Of a stretch of 64,000 nucleotides of DNA, positions 28,478-37,615 are shown in pieces. Origin of the DNA: a virus. Taxonomy: Duplodnaviria > Caudoviricetes. Made by a program: the position numbers and the translations under genes. Position 1 is the stretch's first letter. Each line of letters starts with the position of its first letter. The notes below the pieces were generated by a model. It searched no databases, was not told the origin of the DNA, and was given only the letters and a program-made list of their open reading frames with translations. The stretch lies in the IMG/VR virus record IMGVR_UViG_3300037067_018433; one strand, given 5' to 3'.

Positions 28478-30892
28478 ATGGTACTTTCGCGAACCCTCAG
28501 CACGACCACCCGGGAGTTCTGGACCGAGACCGCGGCCACGCTCATCGGGGGCACGGCCATCGCCCACACCACCCTGCTCCAGCGGGACATCAACAACATC
28601 CGCAAGCCGGTGGTCAAGGTGAAGCTCAGCATCGTCACCCTGGTCCCCGTGATCACCTGCGACGTCACGTACGACGCGGGCGGCTTCATGATCGTCACGC
28701 TGACCAACACGGCGGCCGTCGGGACGTCCGCCGCCTACACCCTGGACATCCAGTGGGCGACCATCGTGAACAACGGGACCGCCGATCCGAGCTTCTCGTA
28801 CGACACGCTGGCGGCCATCGCCGCACCGCCGGTCAACCGGGTGTACGTCGACGGGACTCTGGGTGACGACAACAACGACGGGTCGTCCTACACCCAGGCC
28901 TGGAAGACGCTGGACTACCTGCGCAAGCAGCTCGAGGCGCAGAAGGCGCTGTTCCCGGGCACCGCCACGACCTACGTCCACACGCGTGGTGCGTGGGCCG
29001 CCGACGACCACCTGGCGCTCACCGCGCTCCAGCAGGGTCTCGGGCGCATCGTCATCGGCTGCGACTTCGACAACAGCACGCTGCTGCAGACGGGTACGGT
29101 CACCACGATCCACGACCACATCCCGGCGACGGCCGTGCCGCTGCACGACCTGTGCTACATCTCGCTCACCGGAATCGTCCTGACGTCGGCCGACGAAGGG
29201 CGCCACGTCCGGTTCATCGACGCGACCGGTGCCAACTACGCCACCGCTCAGATCATGCAGCGCATCTCGGCGACCGAGTGCTGGATCAACTGGCGCTTCG
29301 GTGCAGGCGGCGTGAACCCCGAGCGTGCGGCGTTCGTGGTCGGCGGCGACGTCATCACCGCGCAGATCTTCGAGTCGACTGCGCTCATCGCCGGGCGCAT
29401 CATCCTGGGCGCCGAAGGGCGCATCCCGCAGGCGGCTACCGGCGTCACTTCCGGCCAGGGCGTCTCGCTGCTCAACCTGCGCACCTACAACCAGGCCCTG
29501 CTCTACGGAACCGGCGGCGGCGCCGTATGGATCGACGCGCGCAATGCGGCGGGCACCGCGCAGCCCATCGTGGCTGTGGGTGGCGCGGGCACGTGCCTCG
29601 GCACCTGGACCAGCGACTGGACGCACCCGGACGACATGCAGGAGTTCGGGTTCGCGGATGCGGTCAACGCCGGCTACGCGACGGGTTGTCGCGGCTCCAA
29701 CGTCACGGCGACCGCGGGTGTGACCTCCGTTCACGGGCTGTTCACCGGTACCCTGTCGCTGAGCGCCACGGTGACCGCGGTCGGCGTCCGCGCGCAGTCC
29801 ATCCAGTCGGTGGGCGCGGGTGCGGCACTCGCCTCCTACTGCATGGCGGATGCCGGAACGACCACGACCGCACCTCCGTACATGGCGAACGCTGGCGGCA
29901 TTCTGGCAACCGACCGCTGTTGCGTCGTCACCGGCAACGTGGCCGGTCTGACCACGGGCTACTGGGTGGTGAGCGACGGCGGCCGCCTCAAGGTCACGAA
30001 CTGTTCGGGTCTCAACTACGGTACGGGCGTCGGGCTGTTCGGTCTGTACGCCGATCGCAAGGGCACCTTCGAGATCGACGGCGTGTCCATGGCGGCCATC
30101 GACGGGAAGAACGGCCGCCTGCGCATGCTCGGGACCAACGGCGAGATCAGCGACGCCGCGACCATCCCCGCCAGCTTCGGGGGCGGCGCCGACATCTTCG
30201 TCCAGGACGGCGTTCTGTGCCTCAACATGGACGTGCTCAAGGGTGCCGTCAACTCGGCGACCGCCATCCAGAACGGCGCGGACGGCCAGATCGTGGCCAT
30301 CGGCACCCAGTTCATCTCGGCTACCGCCGTGTTCACCGCTGGTCACGTCGGGCGCAGCATCAAGGTGAGCGGTTCAGGGACCCCGGCGAACAACGACGTC
30401 CACGTCATCACGGCGTACACCAACCCGACCACCGTCGTCATCGGCGGCGCCGTCGGTCTGGTCAACGATGCGGGCCTCACCTGGGGCCTCGTGGGCACCG
30501 GCAACACGTTCATCGAGTGCGGGCGTGGCGGTCACGTCGTGCAGTCGGCGGGCATGAACTTCAGCATCAAGGAGCCTGAGGTCGATCCTGTCACGACGTT
30601 CCAGGATTGGGACGACTACGGCTACGGGGCGCTCGGCGCCATCTACATGCACGAGGACACGAGCATGACCCTCGGGACGCTCGTCGAGCCCGCGGGTGTC
30701 GCGACGGCGACCGGGCTCGCCGCGACCATCCTCAACCACTCGACGCTCCTGCACACGGGTGGCGCGGTCCTGCTGGGTGTGGCGCCGCTGCAGCTTGGCG
30801 GTGCGGCGGCTGCCGCGTGGCCGGCGGCCTCCGCGAGCGACCTGGCGGCTGGCGTTCCGCAGTTCTGCTTCATCCTGCCGGCTGTCGTCTGA
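28478..30892 (+). CDS. Large virion protein, tailspike/beta-helix-like
   Basis: SD AAGGAG; VYVDGTLGDDNNDGS...AWKTL motif typical of beta-helix N-termini. Confidence 0.7.
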   Translation: MVLSRTLSTTTREFWTETAATLIGGTAIAHTTLLQRDINNIRKPVVKVKLSIVTLVPVITCDVTYDAGGFMIVTLTNTAAVGTSAAYTLDIQWATIVNNGTADPSFSYDTLAAIAAPPVNRVYVDGTLGDDNNDGSSYTQAWKTLDYLRKQLEAQKALFPGTATTYVHTRGAWAADDHLALTALQQGLGRIVIGCDFDNSTLLQTGTVTTIHDHIPATAVPLHDLCYISLTGIVLTSADEGRHVRFIDATGANYATAQIMQRISATECWINWRFGAGGVNPERAAFVVGGDVITAQIFESTALIAGRIILGAEGRIPQAATGVTSGQGVSLLNLRTYNQALLYGTGGGAVWIDARNAAGTAQPIVAVGGAGTCLGTWTSDWTHPDDMQEFGFADAVNAGYATGCRGSNVTATAGVTSVHGLFTGTLSLSATVTAVGVRAQSIQSVGAGAALASYCMADAGTTTTAPPYMANAGGILATDRCCVVTGNVAGLTTGYWVVSDGGRLKVTNCSGLNYGTGVGLFGLYADRKGTFEIDGVSMAAIDGKNGRLRMLGTNGEISDAATIPASFGGGADIFVQDGVLCLNMDVLKGAVNSATAIQNGADGQIVAIGTQFISATAVFTAGHVGRSIKVSGSGTPANNDVHVITAYTNPTTVVIGGAVGLVNDAGLTWGLVGTGNTFIECGRGGHVVQSAGMNFSIKEPEVDPVTTFQDWDDYGYGALGAIYMHEDTSMTLGTLVEPAGVATATGLAATILNHSTLLHTGGAVLLGVAPLQLGGAAAAAWPAASASDLAAGVPQFCFILPAVV

Positions 30893-30908
30893 GCATAGGA
30901 GGTCCTCC

Positions 30909-31832
30909 TTGCCGGCGTTCATCCACGACCGTGCCAAACGGATCATGAAGTCCACGGTCCCCGAGTACGGCAAGGAGAAGGGGAAGCAGGTGGCCTTCGC
31001 TCTAGCGACCCAAGAAGCACACGCCATGGGCAAGTCCCCCAAGACCTGGAAGGGCGAGCCGTTCGGTACTGCCCAGGGGCGTCGCGAGGCCAAGGCCAAG
31101 TTCCCCCACCCCTCCAAGATGAAGAAGACCGCCGAGGACCCGGTCACCGGGCTCCCGACGGCAGACGAGATCGCGGAGCACGTTCGGGTGGGGATGATGG
31201 AAGCGGGGAAGCCCTTGGACAACGGCGTGCTCAAGACCAACGCGCTCGCAGCGGTCACCCCTATCATGGCGTCGATCGACGCCTACCTCAAGAAGGCGGA
31301 TGGCGAGCCGTCCGAGGACCAGGTGGCCGAGTTCCTTCAGCGGAACCCGAACCCGTCGGACGACGCCTTCCACCAGTGGGCAGAAGGCCATGGGTGGGAG
31401 CCGGACGACGCGGAGGCCGTGGCCTACCGGCTGGCGACGCAGAAGGCACAGTTCAACCTCGGCGGCAAGGCGAACGAGGCAGGAAAGACGCCGGCGGATG
31501 TCGACCAAGACCAGCTGGCCAAGGGCCTGATCGTGGAGAAGGAGCACACGCCCAACCTCCAGGACCGGGCTCGGATCAGCACCGATCACATCGTCGAGGA
31601 TGGCAAGTACTACGACGACCCCATGTTCAAGTCCGACCTGAAGAAGACGGGCACCATCAGCTTCGAGAACGGGAAGTTCGTGCTCCACACCAAGGGCGGC
31701 GGTCGGGTCCTGGGGAAGCACCCGGATCGCGCTTCGGCTGTCCGCCAGGAGCGAGCGGTGCACGTCAACAAGCATGCGGCGATTGACGTAGAGGTCCTCA
31801 TCCCCCACGTACTGGAGGCGCTTGGTGGCTGA
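30909..31832 (+). CDS. KxA-linked polyprotein of small domains, including a DUF5661-like domain
   Basis: AGGAGG + TTG; QLAKGLIVEKEHT...ISTDHIVEDGKYY; junctions KKTA, KKA, KKTG, KHA. Confidence 0.75.
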   Translation: MPAFIHDRAKRIMKSTVPEYGKEKGKQVAFALATQEAHAMGKSPKTWKGEPFGTAQGRREAKAKFPHPSKMKKTAEDPVTGLPTADEIAEHVRVGMMEAGKPLDNGVLKTNALAAVTPIMASIDAYLKKADGEPSEDQVAEFLQRNPNPSDDAFHQWAEGHGWEPDDAEAVAYRLATQKAQFNLGGKANEAGKTPADVDQDQLAKGLIVEKEHTPNLQDRARISTDHIVEDGKYYDDPMFKSDLKKTGTISFENGKFVLHTKGGGRVLGKHPDRASAVRQERAVHVNKHAAIDVEVLIPHVLEALGG

Positions 31833-33231
31833 CCCATCGCCCAGCCTCATTCAGGACGTGCTGGCCGGCGACCCGAGCGCGGCCGCCGAGCTGCAAAGGA
31901 TGCAGGAGTCCGACGTTCGTTCGAGCTTCGCGGGTCCCAACAAGGGCCCGCTGTCCTCTATCTTCGCCCGTGCGCTCCTAGGCCGCAGCAGGAGCCCGTC
32001 GGCGGCGCTGACGAGGGAAGAGGAGCGGCTGCTCGAGACCTCCCGTCCTGACCTGCGCTACGAGTCGGCGGCCGCCAACCCCCACCGCACGTACCCCGGC
32101 AGCCGGCTGTTGACGGCGCCGGCCATCGCCGCGCTGCCCGCGGCGGGCGTAGGGGCTGGTCTAGGGTACCTGGCGTCGTCCCAGACCGACCTCCCGGCCT
32201 GGGCCAAGAGCCTCATCACCGCGGGTGGTGCGGGTGTCGGGGGCGTGGCGGGCTCCGCAACGGCCCACGCGCTGCGCCAGAGCCACGCACGGGCCCTGCG
32301 CCGGGAGCACACGGAGAAGAGCGCGTCGCTGGTCGAGACCCTGGTTCCGTACGTCCTGGACGCCCTGCAGAAGGAAGCGGCGAGTCTCGGGTGGCTCAAG
32401 GGGCTGCTTGGGGGTTCGGACGATGCTGCCCGGGCTGCGGCGGGTACGGCAGGCGGCCTTGAGCGGACGGTGGTCCCCGCCCTTCTCTCCAAGGCGGTCG
32501 CCGAACCCCTGGCCTCCTTGCCACCGACTGCCCTCTCCAGGGCCGCGGCCCCCGTTGTTCGAGCATCGGAGGAGCTGGACCCTGGATTCCTGCGCCCGGG
32601 AAAGTCGCGCATGCGCACCGGGGCGAACGAGACGTTTGAGGATCCTCGATCGACCCAGGAGATCCTCGCGGATCCGGAGTACGTCGCGCGCATCCATGGA
32701 GCGCGGCCGACCGAGGTCGCGTCCATCAAGCCGCCGGATGACCCGGACGCCGCTATCCGCGCCGCGCTCCAGGCGCACCCGGAGAAGGCACTCGAGCTCG
32801 ACATGCTGTCGGACACGCTGCGGCGTGGGGGAGAGCCCATGTCGCACTTCGACCCCCGCGTGCTCAGTCGCGTGGGGGCCCCGTCGATGCCCGCGTCCGG
32901 CGCCCTGGGTTCTCTCCCGTTCAACATCGGCGGGTCGTCCGTGCCCATCCAGGCTCTCCCCCAGTTCGGACCCGGTGTCCTGCGCATGAACGTGATGAAC
33001 CGGAGCCCAGAGGAGATCCTGAACGGTCTCGAGTGGCGACCGGGCGGGGTGCCCGGCACACGGTCGACCATGCTGCCGCCGGCCCCAACGCTCCCGGCCG
33101 GCGCCTACTCGTCGATGGGCGAAGCGCCGACGCTCATGCGCGGATCACGCGCCCCCGACGCGTACATGCCCACGTCCCCCGCTGTGCACATGCCGACGGT
33201 TCCCAACGGCACACCCACGGTACCTGCTTGA
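31825..33231 (+). CDS. KxA-motif glycine-zipper, Pro-rich protein
   Basis: GGAGG + GTG; GVGAGLGY...GGAGVGGVAG hairpin; EKSA and QKEA. Confidence 0.7.
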   Translation: MADPSPSLIQDVLAGDPSAAAELQRMQESDVRSSFAGPNKGPLSSIFARALLGRSRSPSAALTREEERLLETSRPDLRYESAAANPHRTYPGSRLLTAPAIAALPAAGVGAGLGYLASSQTDLPAWAKSLITAGGAGVGGVAGSATAHALRQSHARALRREHTEKSASLVETLVPYVLDALQKEAASLGWLKGLLGGSDDAARAAAGTAGGLERTVVPALLSKAVAEPLASLPPTALSRAAAPVVRASEELDPGFLRPGKSRMRTGANETFEDPRSTQEILADPEYVARIHGARPTEVASIKPPDDPDAAIRAALQAHPEKALELDMLSDTLRRGGEPMSHFDPRVLSRVGAPSMPASGALGSLPFNIGGSSVPIQALPQFGPGVLRMNVMNRSPEEILNGLEWRPGGVPGTRSTMLPPAPTLPAGAYSSMGEAPTLMRGSRAPDAYMPTSPAVHMPTVPNGTPTVPA

Positions 33232-33232
33232 T

Positions 33233-33508
33233 ATGCGCGTGCCGGAAGCCGTGTGGATCGAGGCCACCAAGCACCTGACCAAGGTAGCGGAAGACGCCGG
33301 ACAGCCCGCGGGGTTGGGGGAGCCCGAAGACGTTCGACGGGTCCGACGCTTCCGTGACTTGCTCAGCCGGTTGTTCCGCAAGAGCCGTACCATGCGCACC
33401 GTCAGCGTTGTTTCGGACCTTGATCCAACAGGGGAACTGGCCGAGCACCTACCGATGCTAAAGGAAAGGGCGGGGGGTACTGGTGTACCGACCCCGCCCT
33501 CTCCTTGA
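33233..33508 (+). CDS. Small KxA-motif protein
   Basis: Coupled to the upstream stop; LTKVAE. Confidence 0.55.
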   Translation: MRVPEAVWIEATKHLTKVAEDAGQPAGLGEPEDVRRVRRFRDLLSRLFRKSRTMRTVSVVSDLDPTGELAEHLPMLKERAGGTGVPTPPSP

Positions 33509-33521
33509 TCGTTACCGCCGC

Positions 33522-33800
33522 CTACTTCGCGGTCGAGCCGAGCGGGTTGCCGCCCCGCAACCGGGCACGCGCCTCATCCTCGGTGATCCCCGCTTCCTGC
33601 GCCAGTTCGCGCGCGTTGCGAATGACGCGCTCCCGGCGCGACTCGCCCTTGCGCCGGGTGTTGGTGCGGATGGCGGCGAACGTCCGGTGGACCTCGTCGA
33701 TCACCACTTCCTTCTTCCCGTCCTTCTCCACCACGCGCGGGCTCCGGTGGAGCTCCTCGCGCAGCCACTTCCCGTTCATGGTGATCTCGTTGCTCTTCAC
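33522..33800 (-). CDS. Basic hypothetical protein
   Basis: AAGGAG + GTGA coupling. Confidence 0.6.
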   Translation of the reverse strand: MKSNEITMNGKWLREELHRSPRVVEKDGKKEVVIDEVHRTFAAIRTNTRRKGESRRERVIRNARELAQEAGITEDEARARLRGGNPLGSTAK

Positions 33801-34114
33801 GGCGTCTCCTTTCCCCGAAGCAGGTTCCAGACGCGCTTGAGCGCCTTGCGGATACGCTGCTTCGCGATCTTCTGCGTGGGGGCCGTGGGCGCCTCGATGA
33901 TGATGTTCCCGACCGCCTGCCCGAACTGCTCGTCGGTCCCGAGCCGACGCTTCGCCGCGTGCATCGAGAACCCGTCGTTCTTCGCCCACGGTCGACCGTC
34001 CTTCCGGGTCCCCCGCGGCTGCTGGAGGAACGGATCCACCTTGCGTCGGCGCCGGCGGTCGCGCCGCTTGGCGGTCAGCAGCGGACTCCGGAGCTTGTGG
34101 ACGCCATCCTTCAC
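33797..34114 (-). CDS. Basic hypothetical protein
   Basis: GAGGTG + GTGA coupling. Confidence 0.6.
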   Translation of the reverse strand: MKDGVHKLRSPLLTAKRRDRRRRRKVDPFLQQPRGTRKDGRPWAKNDGFSMHAAKRRLGTDEQFGQAVGNIIIEAPTAPTQKIAKQRIRKALKRVWNLLRGKETP

Positions 34115-34551
34115 GGCGTCACCTCGATCTGCGCCGCCTCGCTCTTCTCCTGTACCTCGGCCACCGGGGCGTCCGCGTCCTCGGTGGCCGGTTCGACGGC
34201 CGACAGGTCGACGCCCAGCTTGGAGGCCGTCACGCCGATGACGTTGCCCATCTCGAAGATCTGGCCGTTGAGGTTCCGCACGACCTCGGAGCGGATGGTG
34301 ATGCTCTTCTTGAGCTTCTCCATATCCGGCTCGAGCTCCTTCAGCATCGCCGTGAGATTCTCGATCTCGGTGCGGTGCTTGGCGATCTCGAACTCGACGA
34401 ACGTGAGCTTGTTGGTCATGCCCAGGGTGGCGGTCTCCGCGTCCTTGGCGTCGTTCGCGCACTTGAGCACCTGGCTCTGCGCGCGGCACACGTGGGCCTT
34501 CACCCCCTCGGCGTACGCCCGGCCCCTCTTCTGCTTGTTGACCTTGCTCAC
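34111..34551 (-). CDS. Coiled-coil hypothetical protein
   Basis: GGAGGTG + GTGA coupling. Confidence 0.65.
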   Translation of the reverse strand: MSKVNKQKRGRAYAEGVKAHVCRAQSQVLKCANDAKDAETATLGMTNKLTFVEFEIAKHRTEIENLTAMLKELEPDMEKLKKSITIRSEVVRNLNGQIFEMGNVIGVTASKLGVDLSAVEPATEDADAPVAEVQEKSEAAQIEVTP

Positions 34552-35156
34552 GGCGTCACCTCCGGCGGCGTCTCGGGCTTGGGCGCGGGCGCGTCCGCCT
34601 TCTTGTGGACGCTCGTGCACGCCACCTTCTTGCCGGGGGGGCACACGCTGCGCATCCCGTGCAGGATCTCCAGCTCCTCGGGGCTCAGCTTCGCCTCCTT
34701 CTGCGCGTTCAGCGGGGTGCCGTGGACGATGTTGGCCATGATGTCCGCGAGGTCGTGCGTCTCCAGGGCCGCCTCGAGCTCCGCCAACGAGGAGATGCGC
34801 CCCGACTTCAGCTGCTTGACGCGCTCCAGCGCGTCGGCGAGCGCCTTCTGCAGCTCGTCGCTGAGCGGACGCTGCTCGATGTACGCGAGGTAGTCGGGGT
34901 TCATGTACTGGAACGCCGCCTCGATGTCCGCGGCGTCGCACTCGCGCGCGCTCCACGCCTTCTTGAACAGCATGGGATCACGCTGGCGGAGGGCCCACGC
35001 CAACAGCGTGCTCCAGTTCTCGAAGCGCTCGTACAGCTTCTTGCTGAGCTCCTCCGACGTGATGCGCAGCATGTCCAACAGGAACATGTGGTTCCTGGCC
35101 TGGGCCGCCCGGCCACTACCGAGCGCATGCAGGACGTTCTCTTCCGTGACCTTCAT
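34548..35156 (-). CDS. Hypothetical protein
   Basis: SD AGGAGAG; 202 aa. Confidence 0.7.
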   Translation of the reverse strand: MKVTEENVLHALGSGRAAQARNHMFLLDMLRITSEELSKKLYERFENWSTLLAWALRQRDPMLFKKAWSARECDAADIEAAFQYMNPDYLAYIEQRPLSDELQKALADALERVKQLKSGRISSLAELEAALETHDLADIMANIVHGTPLNAQKEAKLSPEELEILHGMRSVCPPGKKVACTSVHKKADAPAPKPETPPEVTP

Positions 35157-35247
35157 CTTTCTCTCCTATCCTGACCGGTTGCCCGGCCGAAATGGGACCG
35201 CCCCATGCGGTCACCGTGGAACGCGAAGCCGCGCGCTATCTATCAGA

Positions 35248-36090
35248 TCAGACGATCCAGTGGATCACGATGCAGCCGGTCGAGCTCCCCCAGGACGACG
35301 ACATGCTCCCGTAGTAGTCAAGCATCTGATCCTGGATCGTGTACTTGTACGACCGGTAGGTGTCCTGGGTCCAGGTGTTCGGTGTAATCAACACGTCCGG
35401 CATGTGGCAGCTCTCCTGCGGATCGGGGTCGCCGTTGATCGCAAGCTCATCGCTGTCGCAGTCACCGATGCCCCACGCCTGCTGAGCGATATTCCCGCGC
35501 GTGCAGTCCTCGTCGGCCACGTTGATCGTCCACACGCAGTCCTGCATGTCCGTCCACGAGCGACCCGTCTCGTTTCCGGAACAGTCGGTGCTAGCGTACT
35601 CGATGATGGACAGGTCGAGGTATGTCAGCCACGTACCAACGTCCGGTTCGTTGACGACGTAGCTGTTGGCCGTGCCGACGTAGACGTACAAACCGTCCGC
35701 GGAAGTCTTGATCGAGTCCACCACCCAGCCCCAATAGATCGAGCCGCTGAAGTACGCCTCGGCACCGGTGTTCCAATCGCCGTTGACACGACTGGTGACT
35801 GCCCCGCCGATGTCGCGTACCAGAAGTTTCTTGCAGGAGTCCCAGTTCGCCTCGCCCATCGACGTGTAGTATTTGTACGAGTAGTAGTTGAGACAGATGA
35901 AGGTCTCGGAAGCCGGGAGCCGGAATCCCGGGGGATCCAGCGCATCGTCGACCACGGGCGCCGCGGACAGGCCCGTCAGATCGAACGACGCATCGATGGC
36001 GGCCTGGGGAGACCCGACCACAGGCACCTCCCACTGAGCGAACACCGGCGAACACAGCAGCACAACGAGGGCGAACACCAACTTCTTCAT
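35248..36090 (-). CDS. Secreted acidic/Cys-containing protein
   Basis: Signal peptide MKKLVFALVVLLCSPVFA; SD AAGGAG. Confidence 0.75.
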   Translation of the reverse strand: MKKLVFALVVLLCSPVFAQWEVPVVGSPQAAIDASFDLTGLSAAPVVDDALDPPGFRLPASETFICLNYYSYKYYTSMGEANWDSCKKLLVRDIGGAVTSRVNGDWNTGAEAYFSGSIYWGWVVDSIKTSADGLYVYVGTANSYVVNEPDVGTWLTYLDLSIIEYASTDCSGNETGRSWTDMQDCVWTINVADEDCTRGNIAQQAWGIGDCDSDELAINGDPDPQESCHMPDVLITPNTWTQDTYRSYKYTIQDQMLDYYGSMSSSWGSSTGCIVIHWIV

Positions 36091-36153
36091 GCTCTCTCCT
36101 TCTTCCGGGGAACCCCCGGATTAGCCCGGCTCCGCCATGGAACCGGATCTACG

Positions 36154-36195
36154 AAAATGAAGCGGCCCCCGGGACCTGTCCCCGAGGGCCGCTTC
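36154..36195 (-). terminator. Intrinsic terminator closing the RNA cluster
   Basis: GAAGCGGCC...GGCCGCTTC stem followed by ATTTT on the minus strand. Confidence 0.7.
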
Positions 36196-36331
36196 GTGGT
36201 TTCGAGTGTTGAAGGTTCTCCAAGAATCCGCCGGCGACAGGTGCCGGCTTCTCCACGCTGAACTTGGACTCAGAGCCCTTTCTGGGGGTTGAGTTTCGTG
36301 TCGCACAACGTGGGAACGCGATCACGAACGG

Positions 36332-36555
36332 TGGCGCCCGATGGTATCGAGCCATCCCTGGGGACTACTAGGACGAGGGCTGCCGAGTCGAACGGCTCAT
36401 CATTCTATCTGGAGGGGTGATCTACGCAACATTACGCCGTCAGCAACTGCTCCCTGGGAGGTACCTCAGTTGTGGAGGTAGACGTCGTTCACCCAGTCAA
36501 CCGTCACCCAATCCGTCCCTCGCTCGTTCATCCGTGCTCACCTGAGCTGGGCGCC
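36332..36555 (-). ncRNA. tRNA-shaped 224-nt RNA with a nested second tRNA-like element
   Basis: GGCGCCC/GGGCGCC-A-CC acceptor, GCTC/GAGC D stem, GATGG-CTCGATA-CCATC T arm; inner GCGAGGG/CCCTCGT stem and GCCG-TTCGACT-CGGC arm. Confidence 0.55.
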
Positions 36556-36804
36556 GGACCGGGGAGGGCCGAAACGCTTCGGTCAGTCCCCGGTCTTCAA
36601 AGTCCATGGGCGTTGAGCCATCGAGTGCGCCCTTTGCTTTCGACGGGCTAGGATGAGCCCCACGATGATCGACTGGAGATGGCTCTCCAAAACGTCGTCG
36701 ATCTTACCCTCGCTCGTCTGGGCACCGCAATGCACGGTGTCCCGGGGTATCTCCGCCAAGCGTCCCTGGTGGAGCGTCAGCTGTCGCGGCAGCTGCTGTT
36801 TGGA

Positions 36805-36879
36805 TCGAGGTGGTGGGACTCGAACCCACGGTGAAACGCGCTCCCAAAGCGCGTGGCATCGCCGCTAGCCAACACCTCG
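36805..36879 (-). tRNA. tRNA-Pro(UGG)
   Basis: CGAGGTG/CACCTCG acceptor, CGCGC-TTTGGGA-GCGCG anticodon arm, GTGGG-TTCGAGT-CCCAC T arm, A73. Confidence 0.9.
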
Positions 36880-37011
36880 GTCGGTAGATCTTGCAGGTCG
36901 CAATCCCGTAGCGGATCTACCTTGCTCCTCCTGTTTGCATCTCCTAGGCGATGCACCAGTTGTCCTAGTAACAACCGTGGGATCCCGGGGAGCATTCCCG
37001 AATCCCTGTCG

Positions 37012-37397
37012 TGGAGGTGTGGGGAATCGAACCCCAGTCCACCTGGCTTTGGATCGAGGTCGTTCACGGGCGTGTCCAGCTTCATGACCGCCAGCCCGCT
37101 GGCTGACTGGCGACCGGTAGACGTCTCGATTGTCGCTCTCCGCCGACATCACCAAACGGAGAGTAACGCCACCTGTTCATGACAAGGCTGCCCGATCCCG
37201 GTAACCCGGATCGGAGCCCCGCTCGGTGCCGCTGTTTAGGCGGCGGCCGCGACCGGCGCGAACGCCGGTGCACGACGATCCGAGAGGCGAACGACGTTGT
37301 CGTTGGCACTTGAGGTTGCCGCGAGTTTGATGGGCTACGCAGCCTGCCCAGCCCGCACCTGTTCACCGCTGTCCAAGTGTCGAAACCGATCACCCCC
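37012..37397 (-). ncRNA. ssrA: tmRNA
   Basis: 5' GGGGGTGATCGGTTTCGAC, 3' GGGGTTCGATTCCCCACACCTCCA, G3.U70 pair; tag ANDNVVRLSDRRAPAFAPVAAAA* at 37307..37236. Confidence 0.95.
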
Positions 37398-37615
37398 AGA
37401 GGCGCCACCCAACCGTCGGGCGCCCATCGACATGGTAGCTGCGAACTACCTTGCACGTTCAGTTGTCAGAGACCAACTGCCCGATGGTACAGAAAGTGGA
37501 GGCACCCGGCAAGGTGCTTTGAGGCGCTTGCCTGCTGAAGCCCGACCCTGGGCCCAGGGCGCCGGGTGCCCCCGCTAGCCGGCGACCAAAGTTCTCTTCG
37601 GTGCCTTGCGACCGG

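Noticed and set aside
36196-36800. RNase P RNA, group I intron or hammerhead ribozyme
   Set aside because: Conserved cores (GAGGAAAGTCC; CTGAnGA with GAAA; group I P7) were not found by eye on either strand
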